A DNA stretch of 64,000 nt from Octopus vulgaris (taxonomy: Eukaryota): the NCBI GenBank assembly GCA_951406725.2, contig OX597823.1, forward strand, positions 41,850,001 to 41,914,000, given 5' to 3'. Under the pieces are notes generated by a model, which worked only from the letters and a program-made list of their open reading frames with translations, did no database searches and was not told the DNA's origin. Positions 27,360 through 40,560 of this stretch are shown here, piece by piece. Each line of letters opens with the position of its first letter. The stretch's first letter is position 1. The translations under genes and the position numbers were made by a program.

Positions 27360-29988
27360 ATATAATGTATATCTGTCAATTATATAAATAAAAGACATAT
27401 AAGTACCTAGATCTCTCACATTCAAACTAAATACTTTCACGTAGTTTTCTAAACACTGGTTCCACATTATTTATAATAAAGATCCTTATTTCAACTCTGC
27501 AACCCTCAGGGTTAAGGCCACTGAAGAAGAGGAGTTTTTTGTTAGATATTTGTATGGAAGCCTTTAATATTTATAGAATAGATAGTGTACTCCTTGTACA
27601 CACCAAGAAAATATATTGTTTCTATTTGCATGTGACTGTTGTCACACATTCAGGCATCTACATACACTCTTTGATATCTGTAAAAATATATGAATAGATG
27701 GGCTATTACACATATTTGCATTCATTCATTCATACATACATGCATTTTATGAATACAAAAAATAAAAAATAGAAACACATTTTTTTTCTGTCACCACAAA
27801 ATGTCCTCATATTATTTTACATATTTTGTTGTGTCTTTAGTAAACATTTTGTAGAGCAATTTTAAGTTATCACCTGATTTGCTGCAAGATTAAAAAATAT
27901 TTATGTATATTGATAACGTCTTTTTTTGTGTGTATGTTCTCGTGTCTCCATCATTATTTCTTTATTTGTTTTCCTTTTCCTTTCACTGTGTATTCTGTTT
28001 CTTAACTATGAATGTTGTGTTAAATGAAATAATTCAATTTTTCTAGTTTTTGATATTTTTTTTTTCTGTTAAAATACTTTCATCTTCCTTGAATAAACAG
28101 GATAAAAAAATAATATATATAAATGCAAATATATATATATATGTATATATATATGATGATACTTATGATAAGTATAGCAATTATTTTTAATGTAAAAATG
28201 TCTATGTAATCATTCACCCATATTTTTCATAAAAACAAAAAAAAATGTAAATATTATATAAAAAATATATTAATAATGATTCTTTAAACTATTTTCTGAC
28301 ATTGAGAATCTCACAGTGGCACTGAAAACTCACCTTTTCTTTTTAGATATAGTTCTGCACATCCACATTAATTTATCATTTTTTGCTTGGATTGCACAAT
28401 ATGAAACTATTTTCACAAGTATTGAGGCAGAATAGAAGATGTATTTTAATATTTATACTTGTAATATTATAATTAAATATGATATTTATCTTTTTAACTT
28501 TTAAATTTCAGGTTCTAGTCCTAGTCATCCATTTTTTCTTTGGAATTTTGACTAAATTGCACTTTCTTCATTTTATTATTGTTGACAAACTTATTTCAAA
28601 ACTATTCCATTCATTTTTACTCCACTTATCACTTTTAAAAGCATTATCCACAGATTCCCATCCACATTTTTGTTTCCTTAAATCATTTTCTAAATTTATT
28701 AAAATTCCTAATTAAATCTGATTAAGTAAATAATATTAAAAAAAAAGAGAGACAGAAAAATTATGACAAATTATATCATTTAATCCATTATAAATACATT
28801 TTGTTTACCTTTTGTTTCTACAATACCTTAATACCCTGCTTGGCATGCCATAGTATGAACTATCATTAGACACACAATGGAATATATCAGAATGGTAATT
28901 AGTAAGAAAATATTGTGAACAATTAGAATTGCACATCAAATAATTAACTTTAATATGTTTTTTTTTTAATATTCTTTTCCTTTTATTTCCCATATTTCTG
29001 AGTAGAAATGGATTTTTAAAAAATATGATGTATGTGCTGCTTGTACTCATATAAGAATGGATAGTTTTAAAGCTTGTGTGATCAAAGAAGAAGAGGATGA
29101 AGAAGAGGAAAAAGGATGATATAATAATTATTAGACATGAAATGATAATTTGGAAGAATGAAGTCTGTTGTTGATTTAAAAGGTGTTAGGAAATCCTATT
29201 GCCACTAGATTCTACCCGAAGAGAAGAACTCTTATAGCTATGATTAATATTCTTAAAGATAAAAAAGATTGCTATAGCTTAAGTACAAAACAAAAATTCT
29301 TCCAATGCTTGCATTGAAAACTCCCTTGTAATCACTTAAAAGAAAGAGCTCTATAATGCTTGGTTGCAACTTTTGTAATGTCACAAGATTCTGACACATA
29401 TATTTCTAAATGTTTCCAGATGGAGGTTGTAAAATATTTGTGTATTAATTCTTCAAAGAAAATATTTATTGTCAGTTATGTGATATCAATTTTGCTAACA
29501 TTTGGCATAATATAATTGAAAGGACAGCACAAGAACGTCTGGTAGTCAGTTGGTATGAAATATTTGACAACAAATTGAAATACACAAATGCTCCCAAACA
29601 AACTTTTTTTTAAAATGCATCATTGCACTAAAAGACTTCTGTAAAGGAATACACACCCAAAGGCATTCACACTCATTTACACATGCACTTTCAAAACATT
29701 TTGCTGAATTATGTATTTAAGTCAAGAATTATTTATTACACTGATAAAAGAAATGATGTCAAATAATATTTAAACTGTTTGTAACATATTCCTTACTCAC
29801 TTCAGCTTTTACGCTCAAAGCAGTTTGTCCTTGATAACCTGCATGCACAATACACACATTTGTGTATGTGTATGCATATATGTATGGGTATGTATGTGTG
29901 TATATATATATTGTTATACTTGGTGATAGTAATTTTTTTAGGCATTGCTGTATCCAGCAGCCTAGCACTCTACTTCCTTTACTGAATA

Positions 29989-30026
<38 letters not shown>

Positions 30027-30404
30027 TGCATTCACACACACACACACACGTTCACATGTGCATTTATGCATGCATATGTGTGTGTGTGTTGCATATATAT
30101 GTATTTATTTGTACCTTAGATTATACATATTGCTCTGTTTGGGAAGTGAGTGTGAATCAGGGAGGAACTTTAGATTAACATGCTTCACAAGTTAAAGCCT
30201 GTTACTCTGAGTACTGGAGCTGTTTCATCAAAATATTAAGTTAATCTTCCAATCCTTCCATTGATATTATTCCATCATATCAACCCAGGAGATATGAAAT
30301 GACAAATAAACAGCTGCAAATTTTCAAGCATTTGTTTATGTACGGACATTTGTATATCCAACAGCCTTTCTGTCTACTCTCTATCCTTTGTATATATATA
30401 CATA

Positions 30405-30692
30405 TACTTTATTTAAAGCAGCAGAAAATTCAACAAAACCTGTTACTCTGAGTTTCCCGTTGCCATTCATCGGACAGTTTTTGCTAGCAAAAACTGTCCG
30501 ATGAACACCAACGGGAAACTCAGAGTAACAGGTTTTGTTGAATTTCAAAAACTGTCCAATGAACGGCAACGGGAAACTCAGAGTAACAGGTTTTGTTGAA
30601 TTTCTGCTGCTTTAAATAAAGCATATTACTCTACCACTGGTATTTGAGTACTCTTTTTTCCACCTTGTTTCACATTTATGTGTTTACTCCGG
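30405..30692. mobile_element. Palindromic family P element with three hammerhead-like units (30440-30477 minus; 30494-30531 and 30552-30589 plus)
   Basis: Inverted repeat centred on GCTAGC (30483-30488), with a ~58-bp duplication in the right arm. Unit: CTGT-CCGATGA-ACGGCAACGG-GAAA-CTCAGAGTA-ACAG. Confidence 0.85.
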
Positions 30693-30778
30693 TATATATA
30701 TATATACATACTGTTATATCTAAATAGATGTCTCTCTTTCTCACTCTCTCTCTCTTTCTCTCACACACTCTCTCTCTT

Positions 30779-30869
<91 letters not shown>

Positions 30870-30997
30870 TTATCAATTTGTGTTGCAAGATTCCTGATGT
30901 GAAATCATGGGTTGAAACAGACATTGTTGCATTTCGGGATGGTCATTTATATTTTTCTGCCTAATAAACACACTATGTACAGGTTAACATTAAGGTT

Positions 30998-31300
30998 AGG
31001 AATATAGTGTAAAACTTTCGATGTACTGAGGGACAGTGCAGAAACATGACAACTACCTACGTTGGAGAGACTGCATGCAGCATAGGAGAGCACATAGGTG
31101 AACACTGGTGAGAGTTGAAAGAAGAGAAAGGCTTCTCAGTGCTCTACCAACACGTTCAGGCAGAACATGGAAGCTTAATCAATAGCATAGAGGCTAAAGT
31201 ATTATTGGCTCATAGAACTGACACAACTCTTAAATAGGTCGCAGAGGCTACACACAGAGCAATAGACAGACCAAGCCTCAATAGAAAACATGAATGGAAC
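30998..31300 (+). pseudogene. Penelope-like element GIY-YIG endonuclease relic
   Basis: One frame reads RNIV*NFRCTEGQCRNMTTTYVGETACSIGEHIGEHW*ELKEEKGFSVLYQHVQAEH...DTTLK*VAEATHRAIDRPSLNRKHEWN. This has NIVY/YVGET, the C..C and H..H residues and EA....P.LN, with 3 in-frame stops. Absent from the ORF track. Confidence 0.9.
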
Positions 31301-31990
31301 AATGACACCCACTATCACATCACACCACACCACATAACTAAAGACAGAAGGGAGGAGAACAGAGAGAGGAAAAAATAAACAAATAAATAAAACATGGATA
31401 TAAACAGGGTATACACACACAATGGCCATATATGCACATACCTGTGATACATATAAGTAATAAAGAAAAATAAATATAATAAATAAATAAATATATTTTG
31501 TCACATACCTGTGATAAATATAAGAAATAAAGATAGATAAAAGATTAATTAATTAATCTATATAAAGGGAATGGATACAAACAACATAAGAAGTGAACCC
31601 AAATACACGCAGAAACACACACACAATAACTTCACAGATGGCCGCAACAATATCAACAACATGACTAACAATAATAGCAGCAGTGGTGGTGACAGTGATG
31701 GCAATAACAACAACAACTACCATGATGGCAGCACCATGGATGAACACACAAATACAGAGAGATACAGGAACTGTACCAAATTTTCGGGACCTAGGACAGC
31801 AGCAGCACAACAGGGTGAGAGGATGGGGCTGAGGGAACGCTATATCGCTGCTAAGAACAATGGCATGCACACAAGCATACACACACACATGCACACAAAT
31901 ACGGATGCAAATGCATGCGCACATAAGGATACACTTCATAGAAGAGCATAATGGAGTAAGTGGAGCAAGAGCACACACAAAAATGAAAAG

Positions 31991-32042
31991 TGTCACTGAA
32001 GAGGTCACAAATGTGTGATGAAAGATTTCCAGAAAATGGACA
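31991..32042 (+). ncRNA. Hammerhead-like motif with an intact core downstream of the GIY-YIG relic
   Basis: TGTCA-CTGAAGA-G-GTCACA-AATG-TGTGAT-GAAA-GATTTC: canonical CUGANGA and GAAA boxes and a 6-bp stem II. The 3' partner of stem I is unclear. Confidence 0.55.
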
Positions 32043-32146
32043 TGAGTTAAAATGAAAAGAGTATTAAACGAATGAAGAACAAATACATTGTGCATGCGTT
32101 TATTTGGCAAAAAAAAACAACAAAATGACCATCCCAAAATACAACA

Positions 32147-32178
<32 letters not shown>

Positions 32179-32185
32179 CTATCTA

Positions 32186-32216
<31 letters not shown>

Positions 32217-33174
32217 GTATGTATGTATATATAAGTATATATATGTATATATATATATATATAAGTATATATATATGTATATATATATGTATGTATGTAT
32301 ATATAAGTATGTATATATGTATGTATATATAAGTATATATATGTACATATGTATGTATTTATATATAAGTATATATATATATGTATATATGTATGTATGT
32401 ATATATAAGTATATATATGTATATATGTATATATAAGTATATATATGCATGTATGTGTGTGTGTGTGTATAGGTAGATAGACATAGATGTATAACTGTCT
32501 ATGTATGTATGTGTTTTGTGCATTTATAGAAGGCAAACCTTCTATGAAAGGAATTTCATATAAAATTATGATCCAAATACCGGTTCAATGATAGTATTTT
32601 AATAAATTCTCCATTTCATTATTTTAAGATATAATGTAACCAAAAATAGTGTATTTCTGCAGAACTCATTACCATTATTATGATTGTCATTTAATATTTG
32701 TATTCCATGCTGCCATAGTTTTGGATGGTTGAACAGAAACCATTGAGTCCAAGGATTGTGCTGAACTCCATTGATTCCTTTTACATGTTTTCTACTGCTG
32801 GATGCTTTTTTTTTTTCTGATACCAACTACTTTACAGAATGTACTGGGTGCTTTTTCATGACACCAACTCTAGTGAAGTCAGCAAGTATCTTGCAAGTCA
32901 TAATATAATAGCACTGCAGTATGTAAGAAGGTTGCTTTATACCAGGTATTGAAAGGCTAAAGTATGACAAAGGGACAGGAACAAGTATCTTGCAGAAGAG
33001 CTACATGGCTGCCCTAGCTGGAAAGAGATAAACAGCAAGAATGTACCCTCGAGGTTCAAGGTAGAGAAGAGAGTAGCAAAAAGAGTGGGTGATAGGTTAG
33101 TTTCACGAGTATGTGAAAGGAGTATGACTGTTGTTTAGAGATGGGAATAGAGGTGGACCCAGTGATGGGAAGCT

Positions 33175-33452
33175 GACCAGAAAAAATGCCACAGGAAAAA
33201 GTGTCACAGTAAAAATGTCACTGGTAAAAATTCAACTATAAAGTATCATGGGTAAAAATGGAGTCCATGTTCAAATTTTTCCAAAATAGGAATAAATGTG
33301 GGTAATTACAATTTTACATTCACTCTACCTCCAAAATATATTCATCATCTTTATTGTTATGCATCTGTACACTATACTACTAGGGTAGTTTAACAAACTG
33401 TTAGTTGCATTTTTACTGTGGAATTTTTTCCTGGGGCATTTTTCCAGGATTC
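33175..33452. mobile_element. MITE-like element with imperfect TIRs made of short sub-repeats
   Basis: CAGAAAAAATGCCACAGGAAAAAGTGTCACAGTAAAAATG is complementary to CATTTTTACTGTGGAATTTTTTCCTGGGGCATTTTTCCAG. Confidence 0.7.
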
Positions 33453-33659
33453 AACTGGGAGATACAGGTGGAGGCATGGTCAATACTGAATATAAGTTGA
33501 GGGGAGCAAAAGGTGAGTATTTGTAATAGGAATCAAATTCCATCATTTGGGTTTCATGAATTACAGAACTCTCAAACATTTTAAGAAGACATAATTCATA
33601 ATTTTCATATTTCTCTTTTTTTCCCCGAATAATTTCCTTCATTTCTGAGAATACAGTGA

Positions 33660-33714
<55 letters not shown>

Positions 33715-34189
33715 AAGTAAAGCCAGCAAGTGTCATTACAATAATAATACTAGTAATCATAATAATAATAATAGTAGTAGTACTTATTTTAATTTTATAT
33801 ATCATTATTATTATTTGGTTATTATTGTTATTATTATTTTTAGCTTTGGTATTAGTATTTTATTTAGCTTCACTATTAGCATTATCCTAAAAGACAGGGA
33901 ATAAATGAAACTGAAAATAAAAGCAATGAATATAGCTGAGAAAAGTAGAAAATTTAAGTCTGATAGAATATATACAGAAACTATATGTTGCACTGTAAGA
34001 GAAAAAGAAATGGTTGTAGCTTAAATGTGTGTGTGTGTAGACATATGTGTATATATAAATATCTGTTTATTAGGGTACACATACTTGCAGATATACATGT
34101 ATGCTTGTATGTATGTATAAGTGTAGAAAATAGATGTAAAAATCAAATCGAATGTATGTATACATGTGGAAATTCTCTATAGATTTGGA

Positions 34190-34900
34190 ACTCTGAATAG
34201 GAAGGCATAAAGAATATTTCTGTTAGTTCTCTACCAACTGTATGATATCCACTTCTCTCTTGGTGTATTAATAACGATTGCTTTTGACAAGGTAATTTTG
34301 GTTTGAGACAACTAGAGACATTTCCACTAACTTCAGTATTATTGGAATCCCACTAGCCATATGGTTCTAAAGGGCATCGCAACAAGACTTATCGTATTGT
34401 AGCACTTTTAAGACATGTTAACCAGGAAAGTCCATTTCTTCATGTAGGTATGATCAGGTTGTAGTGAGATACATGAAATGATGGATGTTTGTAGGATTGG
34501 CAGTAGTAGTTATGCGAGCATTTTAGTAGTCAATCTTGCTGGCAGTGTCAATGTAGTAGGAGTGCTGACATCAGTGTTTAAGGGTTTTCACAAGAAAAAA
34601 ATTAGGTGAAAAAGATAGTAGTGGTGACGGTGGTAGTAGTGGCTGTTTGCAGTAATAAACGTATTTTCAGAGTAGCAGAAAAGATAGAATTTATATTTGT
34701 TTCAGAAAGAATGTTACTATTGTTGTAACAGCTCCAGGCTAAGGAATGGTTTGGTCGCATATAATTCACTTTAGTTCTTGTAAAGGTTATTGGTGATAAA
34801 TGATGAAAACATTTTTTTATGAAAATCATATTCTAGTTTAAGGACAATGTTGTTAAGGAGTAAAATCCTACTTTAGCGGATATTATCTCTTACCGTTTCT
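34190..34900 (-). pseudogene. Possible, highly decayed Penelope-like linker/endonuclease region
   Basis: Scattered similarity only (KKCFHHLSPITFTRTKVNY, CPLE, LVKSNR). Confidence 0.3.
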
Positions 34901-35815
34901 TTTGTCTTCCTTCGTCTCTGTTTTGTGTTCTGCCACTCTTTATCATCCTATCATTAAAACTTCTAAATTAATGCTTTCCAAATGTCTTAACTCAAAACGC
35001 TTTTCCTTTACAAACACTTTGTCAATAACACCCCTGGTGTGATTCAACAAAATTATGTAAACTTTAAAAAATTGCTGCAGTTGATCAGTTGGCTATCATT
35101 AAAAAAAAAGATTACTTCTATGTAAGTCATTTCATCAATATATATGGTATATCACAGCAACATTTCAACTATAAATCTTATCAGAGGATTAGCATGCATG
35201 ATATAAATTGAAAATAACCATCTTTATCAATTCACATGTTTCCCATGCTTGCATGGTTGGACTGTTTGACAGGATTTGGTAAGCCACTAAGCCATATTGA
35301 GCTCCAATGTCAGCTTTGGTATGGTTTCTACAGCTGGATGCCCTTCCTAATACCAACCACTTTAGAAAGTGATCTGGGTGCTTTTCTTTTTGTAACAGTG
35401 GCTTTACTGAGGTTACCAAGTAAATTGCAAGACAGAAAAAGGACAGAGAAAAGGGAGAAAAGCATTCATTACTTATTAAAAGATGCACTTTTTTGTACCC
35501 CTCCTCACTAACCTCTTTGACCCCAGTATTTTGTGTAAAATTTCCTACCACCCACTTCAAGAACTACTGATGTAAGTGGACGTATATTCCTATGTAATTG
35601 TTAATTTCAATGAAAAATTTTGACAACAATGTAAACAAAATAAAAAATGTTAATGGAGGAAATGATGAAGATGATGAAAATAAGGATTAAATTTATAGAA
35701 AGTGGATTTCATGATAAAGGAAATCCAGTAAGTCTCTACAAACAGGTCACTCTAGTATATACAGTAAAATGGATTTTTTCATATGAGAGTGAATCATCAT
35801 GTAACATACGACTTT

Positions 35816-35829
35816 GTTACCATGGAAAC
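35816..35829. promoter_or_regulatory. RFX X-box motif
   Basis: GTTACCATGGAAAC fits the X-box consensus GTTNCCATGGNAAC and lies in apparently non-repetitive DNA. Confidence 0.35.
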
Positions 35830-36454
35830 AGTATCTCTACATGTTAAGAACACAAACTGAATAAAATTACAATGAGCATGTTAGGTTATATATGATCCAG
35901 TCATCTATTAGTAATAATTATTCACAGTTATGTTGGATGGATCATATTTATTTTATTTAATGTACACAGTATGTAGTAAACTTGAGGCTCTGGGCACCAA
36001 AACCTGAAGATTACTTGGTGACAGTGGCATGTTCTAAAAACCTGCCTAGACTAAGTATCTAATGTATGAAACTATTAGTAGCTCATAATTACATATTGTG
36101 AACATTAAATGATATCTGTCTCTCACCAGATGGAATACTTTTTTGTTGATCTTACCTTAACAGAAAAGTAAAAGTATACATATATATGTATGTACGTACG
36201 TTCTTTCGTTCGTTCATTAAATTAATGTGTAAAATGTGTAAACATCTGAGTATTCCATGATTACAGGTACCCTTATCATAATTTTCTAGCAGAATCAGCC
36301 TGGTACAATTTGTGATAAGCCTGACTTCTGAATTAAAGATACAATTCATCTGATTCATCTGTAATATATATTTATGCATATACACATATATATGTATGTG
36401 TGTATATATATATATATATAGCTAGATAGATAGATAGATAGATAGATATACTTA

Positions 36455-36604
36455 TTGAAAAGCATCAGAAATATAAAAAAAACTGTTACTCAGAGTTTCA
36501 CATTCCCATTCGCCAGACAGTTTTCAATAAAGCATATTACTCTACCTCCAATATCCGAGTACTATTTTTTCCATCTTGTTTCGCATTTATGTGCTTACTC
36601 CAGT
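36455..36604. mobile_element. Family P relative with a minus-strand hammerhead-like unit at 36483-36520
   Basis: Reverse complement CTGT-CTGGCGA-ATGGGAATGT-GAAA-CTCTGAGTA-ACAG, followed by the family P tail AAAGCATATTACTCTACC. Confidence 0.75.
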
Positions 36605-36606
36605 AT

Positions 36607-36676
<70 letters not shown>

Positions 36677-36740
36677 ATCTAGTTATAAAATCTCTGTAAA
36701 ATATGAAAGCAGTAACTGAACTTGAACTGACAATTAATGG

Positions 36741-36894
36741 TTGTCACCACTTCAACATGGCTGTTCAGCATGAACAGATGTTACTGCAATTTCTTAACCG
36801 CAAGAGGACACTTCCTCTAGCTGGTTAACAACGCAACCTGCATCTGATATGTAACGTCCGTTTGTATAGAACAGCCAGGTTGAAGTGACAACAA
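36741..36894. mobile_element. MITE-like fold-back with ~44-bp imperfect TIRs
   Basis: TTGTCACCACTTCAACATGGCTGTTCAGCATGAACAGATGTTAC is complementary to GTAACGTCCGTTTGTATAGAACAGCCAGGTTGAAGTGACAACAA. Confidence 0.75.
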
Positions 36895-36927
36895 AAATTA
36901 TATGTATGTATATATATAATGTTTGTC

Positions 36928-37251
<324 letters not shown>

Positions 37252-38032
37252 GTATGTATATATATGAGTGTGTGTGTATATATATGTTTGTATGTATACA
37301 TTCATATGTGCATAAGTGTTCGTGGCTGTATAATATATATAACCATTTTGAAATACATTCGTTTTTTATGAAATGAAAGATGGCCGTATCTCCACAAGTT
37401 TATGCCAAAGCTACTCACAAGTCTTTTATAGAAGATTGAGTAGGGTTTAGTTAAGCCTTAAAAAACAACCTCCATTATCTACTACTGGCAGAATGACAAA
37501 TATACCTGACATGATCTGTTTCAACAGTTTTTAGAAAGGAAATTTTCTTTCCTCAATAAAATATAGACATTGAAAACCCAAGCTGTTTCGACTATAAACT
37601 GCATTGCAGCTAGAATTTTTCAGGAAACAAAGAAGAAAAAAATAACTCAGCTATGACAATGCAAAATTTAAGCTGGTATAGGAAAAAATAAATAAATGCA
37701 TGAAAGCATGTGCAAACTCAAATAAATTTTCCAACATGTTTACTATCAACCATGGAAAAAAAATCACTATGCATATATATATATATATTTTTTCATATAT
37801 AAGTGATGGCAATGATGATGATGATGACAGTTAGGACGATGATCTTACTTCCTATCTTAAAGCGTTGCAGAAACAGATTTGTAAGCTTTTCTGTCTTGAA
37901 CACTTAAGACATAGTCCATATTTATACCTGTATTTCTCCTTTATCTACTTTTCTAGGTCTGTTTGTTTGCATTCTTCACCACAATTCTCTTCTTCCTTCT
38001 TTCTCTCTCTCTCTTCTGTGTGTGTGTGTTTG

Positions 38033-38075
<43 letters not shown>

Positions 38076-38079
38076 TTTT

Positions 38080-38532
38080 ATTCTTTATTTCTTCCTTGTT
38101 TCAGTCATCTGACTGTGGCCATGCTGGACCACCACCTTTACTCGAATGAATCGACCCGAAGACTTATGCTTTGCGAGCCTAGTAATTATTCCATTGGTCT
38201 CTTTTGCCAAACTGCTAGGTTAAGAGAATTTAAACCGACCAACATCGGTTGTCAAGCGACGGTGGGGGACAAACACAGACACACACACACACACATATAA
38301 ACGATGGGTTTCTTTCAGTTTCTGTCAACTAAATCCACTCACAAGGCTTTGGTCAGCCTGAAGCTATAGTAGAAGACACTTACCCAAGGTGCAACATTGT
38401 GGGAGTGAACCCAGAACCATGTGATTGGGAAGCAAGCTTCTTACTGCACAGCCATGCCCATGCCTATATCTATATATATATATATATATATATATATCAC
38501 CATCATTTATATGTATACACACATATACATGC

Positions 38533-38625
<93 letters not shown>

Positions 38626-38864
38626 TAGAAATTTGTTGATACATGCAAACAAATAAATATATATATAGGTGTAAGCATGGCTGTATCATTGTGTGATTAA
38701 GAAGCTTGAATTGTCACCATCTGTTTTGGTTTTGGGTTCAATCTCACTGTATGCAACTTGGGTAAGTGTCTTCAACTACAGCTACATGCTGATCAACACT
38801 TGGTGAGTAAATCTGGTGAATAGAAACTTAAAGAATCCCAGCATATAATATATGTGTGTATATG

Positions 38865-38907
<43 letters not shown>

Positions 38908-40560
38908 ATACATACATACACACACACACTTACAAGTGCAAGCATGTGTGGTAAGAAGCTTGCTTCCCAAATGCATACTTAGCAACTTGTGAATCAATTT
39001 CATAGACGGAAACTGAAAGAAGCCTGTTGTATATATTTATGTGTGTGTGTGTGTGTCTTTCTATCTATATTTTGTTTGGCCCCCACCACTGCTTCACAAC
39101 CAGTGTTGGTGTGTTTACATCAATGTAAATTAGTGGTTCAGCAAAAGAGAACAAGAAAATAAGTACTAGATTTACAAAAAAACTGTCATGGGTTTCACTT
39201 GTTTGACTAAAACCCCTTCAAGGTGGTGCCCCAACATATCCACTGTCAAGTGACTGAAACAAGTAAAAGATATAAGCTGTCAGTTGTTCATAAATCCGAA
39301 AAAAAGTACACTTTAAAAATTTATATTTTATGTAGTTGTAAAGAAGTAATGTGCCTCCGACCAGCAGGAATGATGGGTCACTCATATTGCTAAAACCAAT
39401 TAAAAAAATGTTAAAAGTGGCCATAACCAGTGACTATGTAAAATATAATATGAAGCTTGCTTCCTAACCACATGTTCTTAGATTCTGTCCCACTCTGCGG
39501 CACCTTGGGTGAGTGTCTTCTACTATAGCATCAGGCTGACCAAAGCCTTGTGAGTGGATTTGGTTGACAGAAACTGAAAGAAGCCAGTCATTTATATACA
39601 TATATATATATATGATACATTTTATCACTGAAACGGGAGCCAGTCAAGACGCACATAAAATGTATCATCCAAACATGGTCGATGGCAGTGTCTCCTGACT
39701 GGCTCCCATACTGGTGGCATGTAAAAAGCACCATCCGAATGTGACCAATGCCAGTGCCACCTGACTGGCTCTTGTGTCGGTGATATGTAAAAAGCACTAT
39801 CCAAACGTGACCAATGCCAGGGCCTCCTGACTGTCTCCTGTTCTGGTTGTATGTAAAAAGCACCCACTACACTCTTGGAGTGGTTGGTGTTAAGAAGGGC
39901 ATCCACCTATAGAAACATTGCCAGATCAGATTGGAGCCTGCTGCAACCACAAACTCTCCAGACCTCAGTTAAATCATCCAACCTGTGCCAGCATGGCAAA
40001 CAGACTTTAAACAATGATGATGAAGATAATAATGATGATATGTGTGTGTGTGTATTTGTATGTGTGCATATCTGTGTTTGTCCCCCCCCCCCAATTGTTT
40101 GACAACCAATGCTGGTGTGTTTGTGTAGAATAAGTACTAAGCTCAGAAAGAATATGTTCTGGTGTCTCTTTCTTTTGACTGAAAACGCCCTAAGGTGGTG
40201 CTGCAGCATGGCCACAGTCAAATGACTGAGACAAGTAAAAGAATAGAAGAATATATCCATACACACACACACATATAGATTTATGGTTTTTGTATGTGTG
40301 TGTGTGTGTGATTTATGGCTTATGCATATGTGAATGGTATGTGTATGTGTGTTTTTGTGTTTGTCTCCACCACCACTGCTTGACAACCAGTGATGGTTTG
40401 TTTACATCCCCAAAATTTGTAAACTGGCAAAAACACCAATAGATTAAGTTTCAGACTTGAAAAATAAATGTTGAGGTCAACTTGATCGACAAAATCTCTC
40501 ATGGTTGTACTCTGGCTTGGCTGCAGACCCATGGCTGAAAAAGGATTTAAAAAATTATGC
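38080..40560. mobile_element. Cluster of family A SINEs (one minus, several plus) with a nested family D element
   Basis: Family A blocks at ~38080-38465 (-), 38670-38845, 38940-39275, 39450-39590 continuing at 40050-40250, and 40340-40550 (+). Family D at ~39630-40025. Confidence 0.85.
39654..39870 (+). repeat. 66-bp tandem repeat (~3.5 units) inside the family D element
   Basis: GTAAAAAGCAC recurs at 39721, 39787 and 39853, each preceded by GCCAG/GGCAG...CCTGACTG. Confidence 0.85.

Noticed and set aside
27519-27560. CTGAAGA possibly starting another hammerhead
   Set aside because: No stem II or GAAA box follows; at best a truncated remnant.
28805-29050. Minus-strand ORF ending near AG|GTAAAC
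   Set aside because: No recognisable domain or acceptor; composition matches background.
31571-31951. 126-aa Asn/Ser-rich ORF
   Set aside because: Low-complexity stretch within the apparent PLE 3' region; no domain signature.
39654-39870. Regularly spaced repeats suggestive of a CRISPR array
   Set aside because: The whole 66-bp unit is repeated with no unique spacers, the context is a eukaryotic retroelement, and there are no cas genes.
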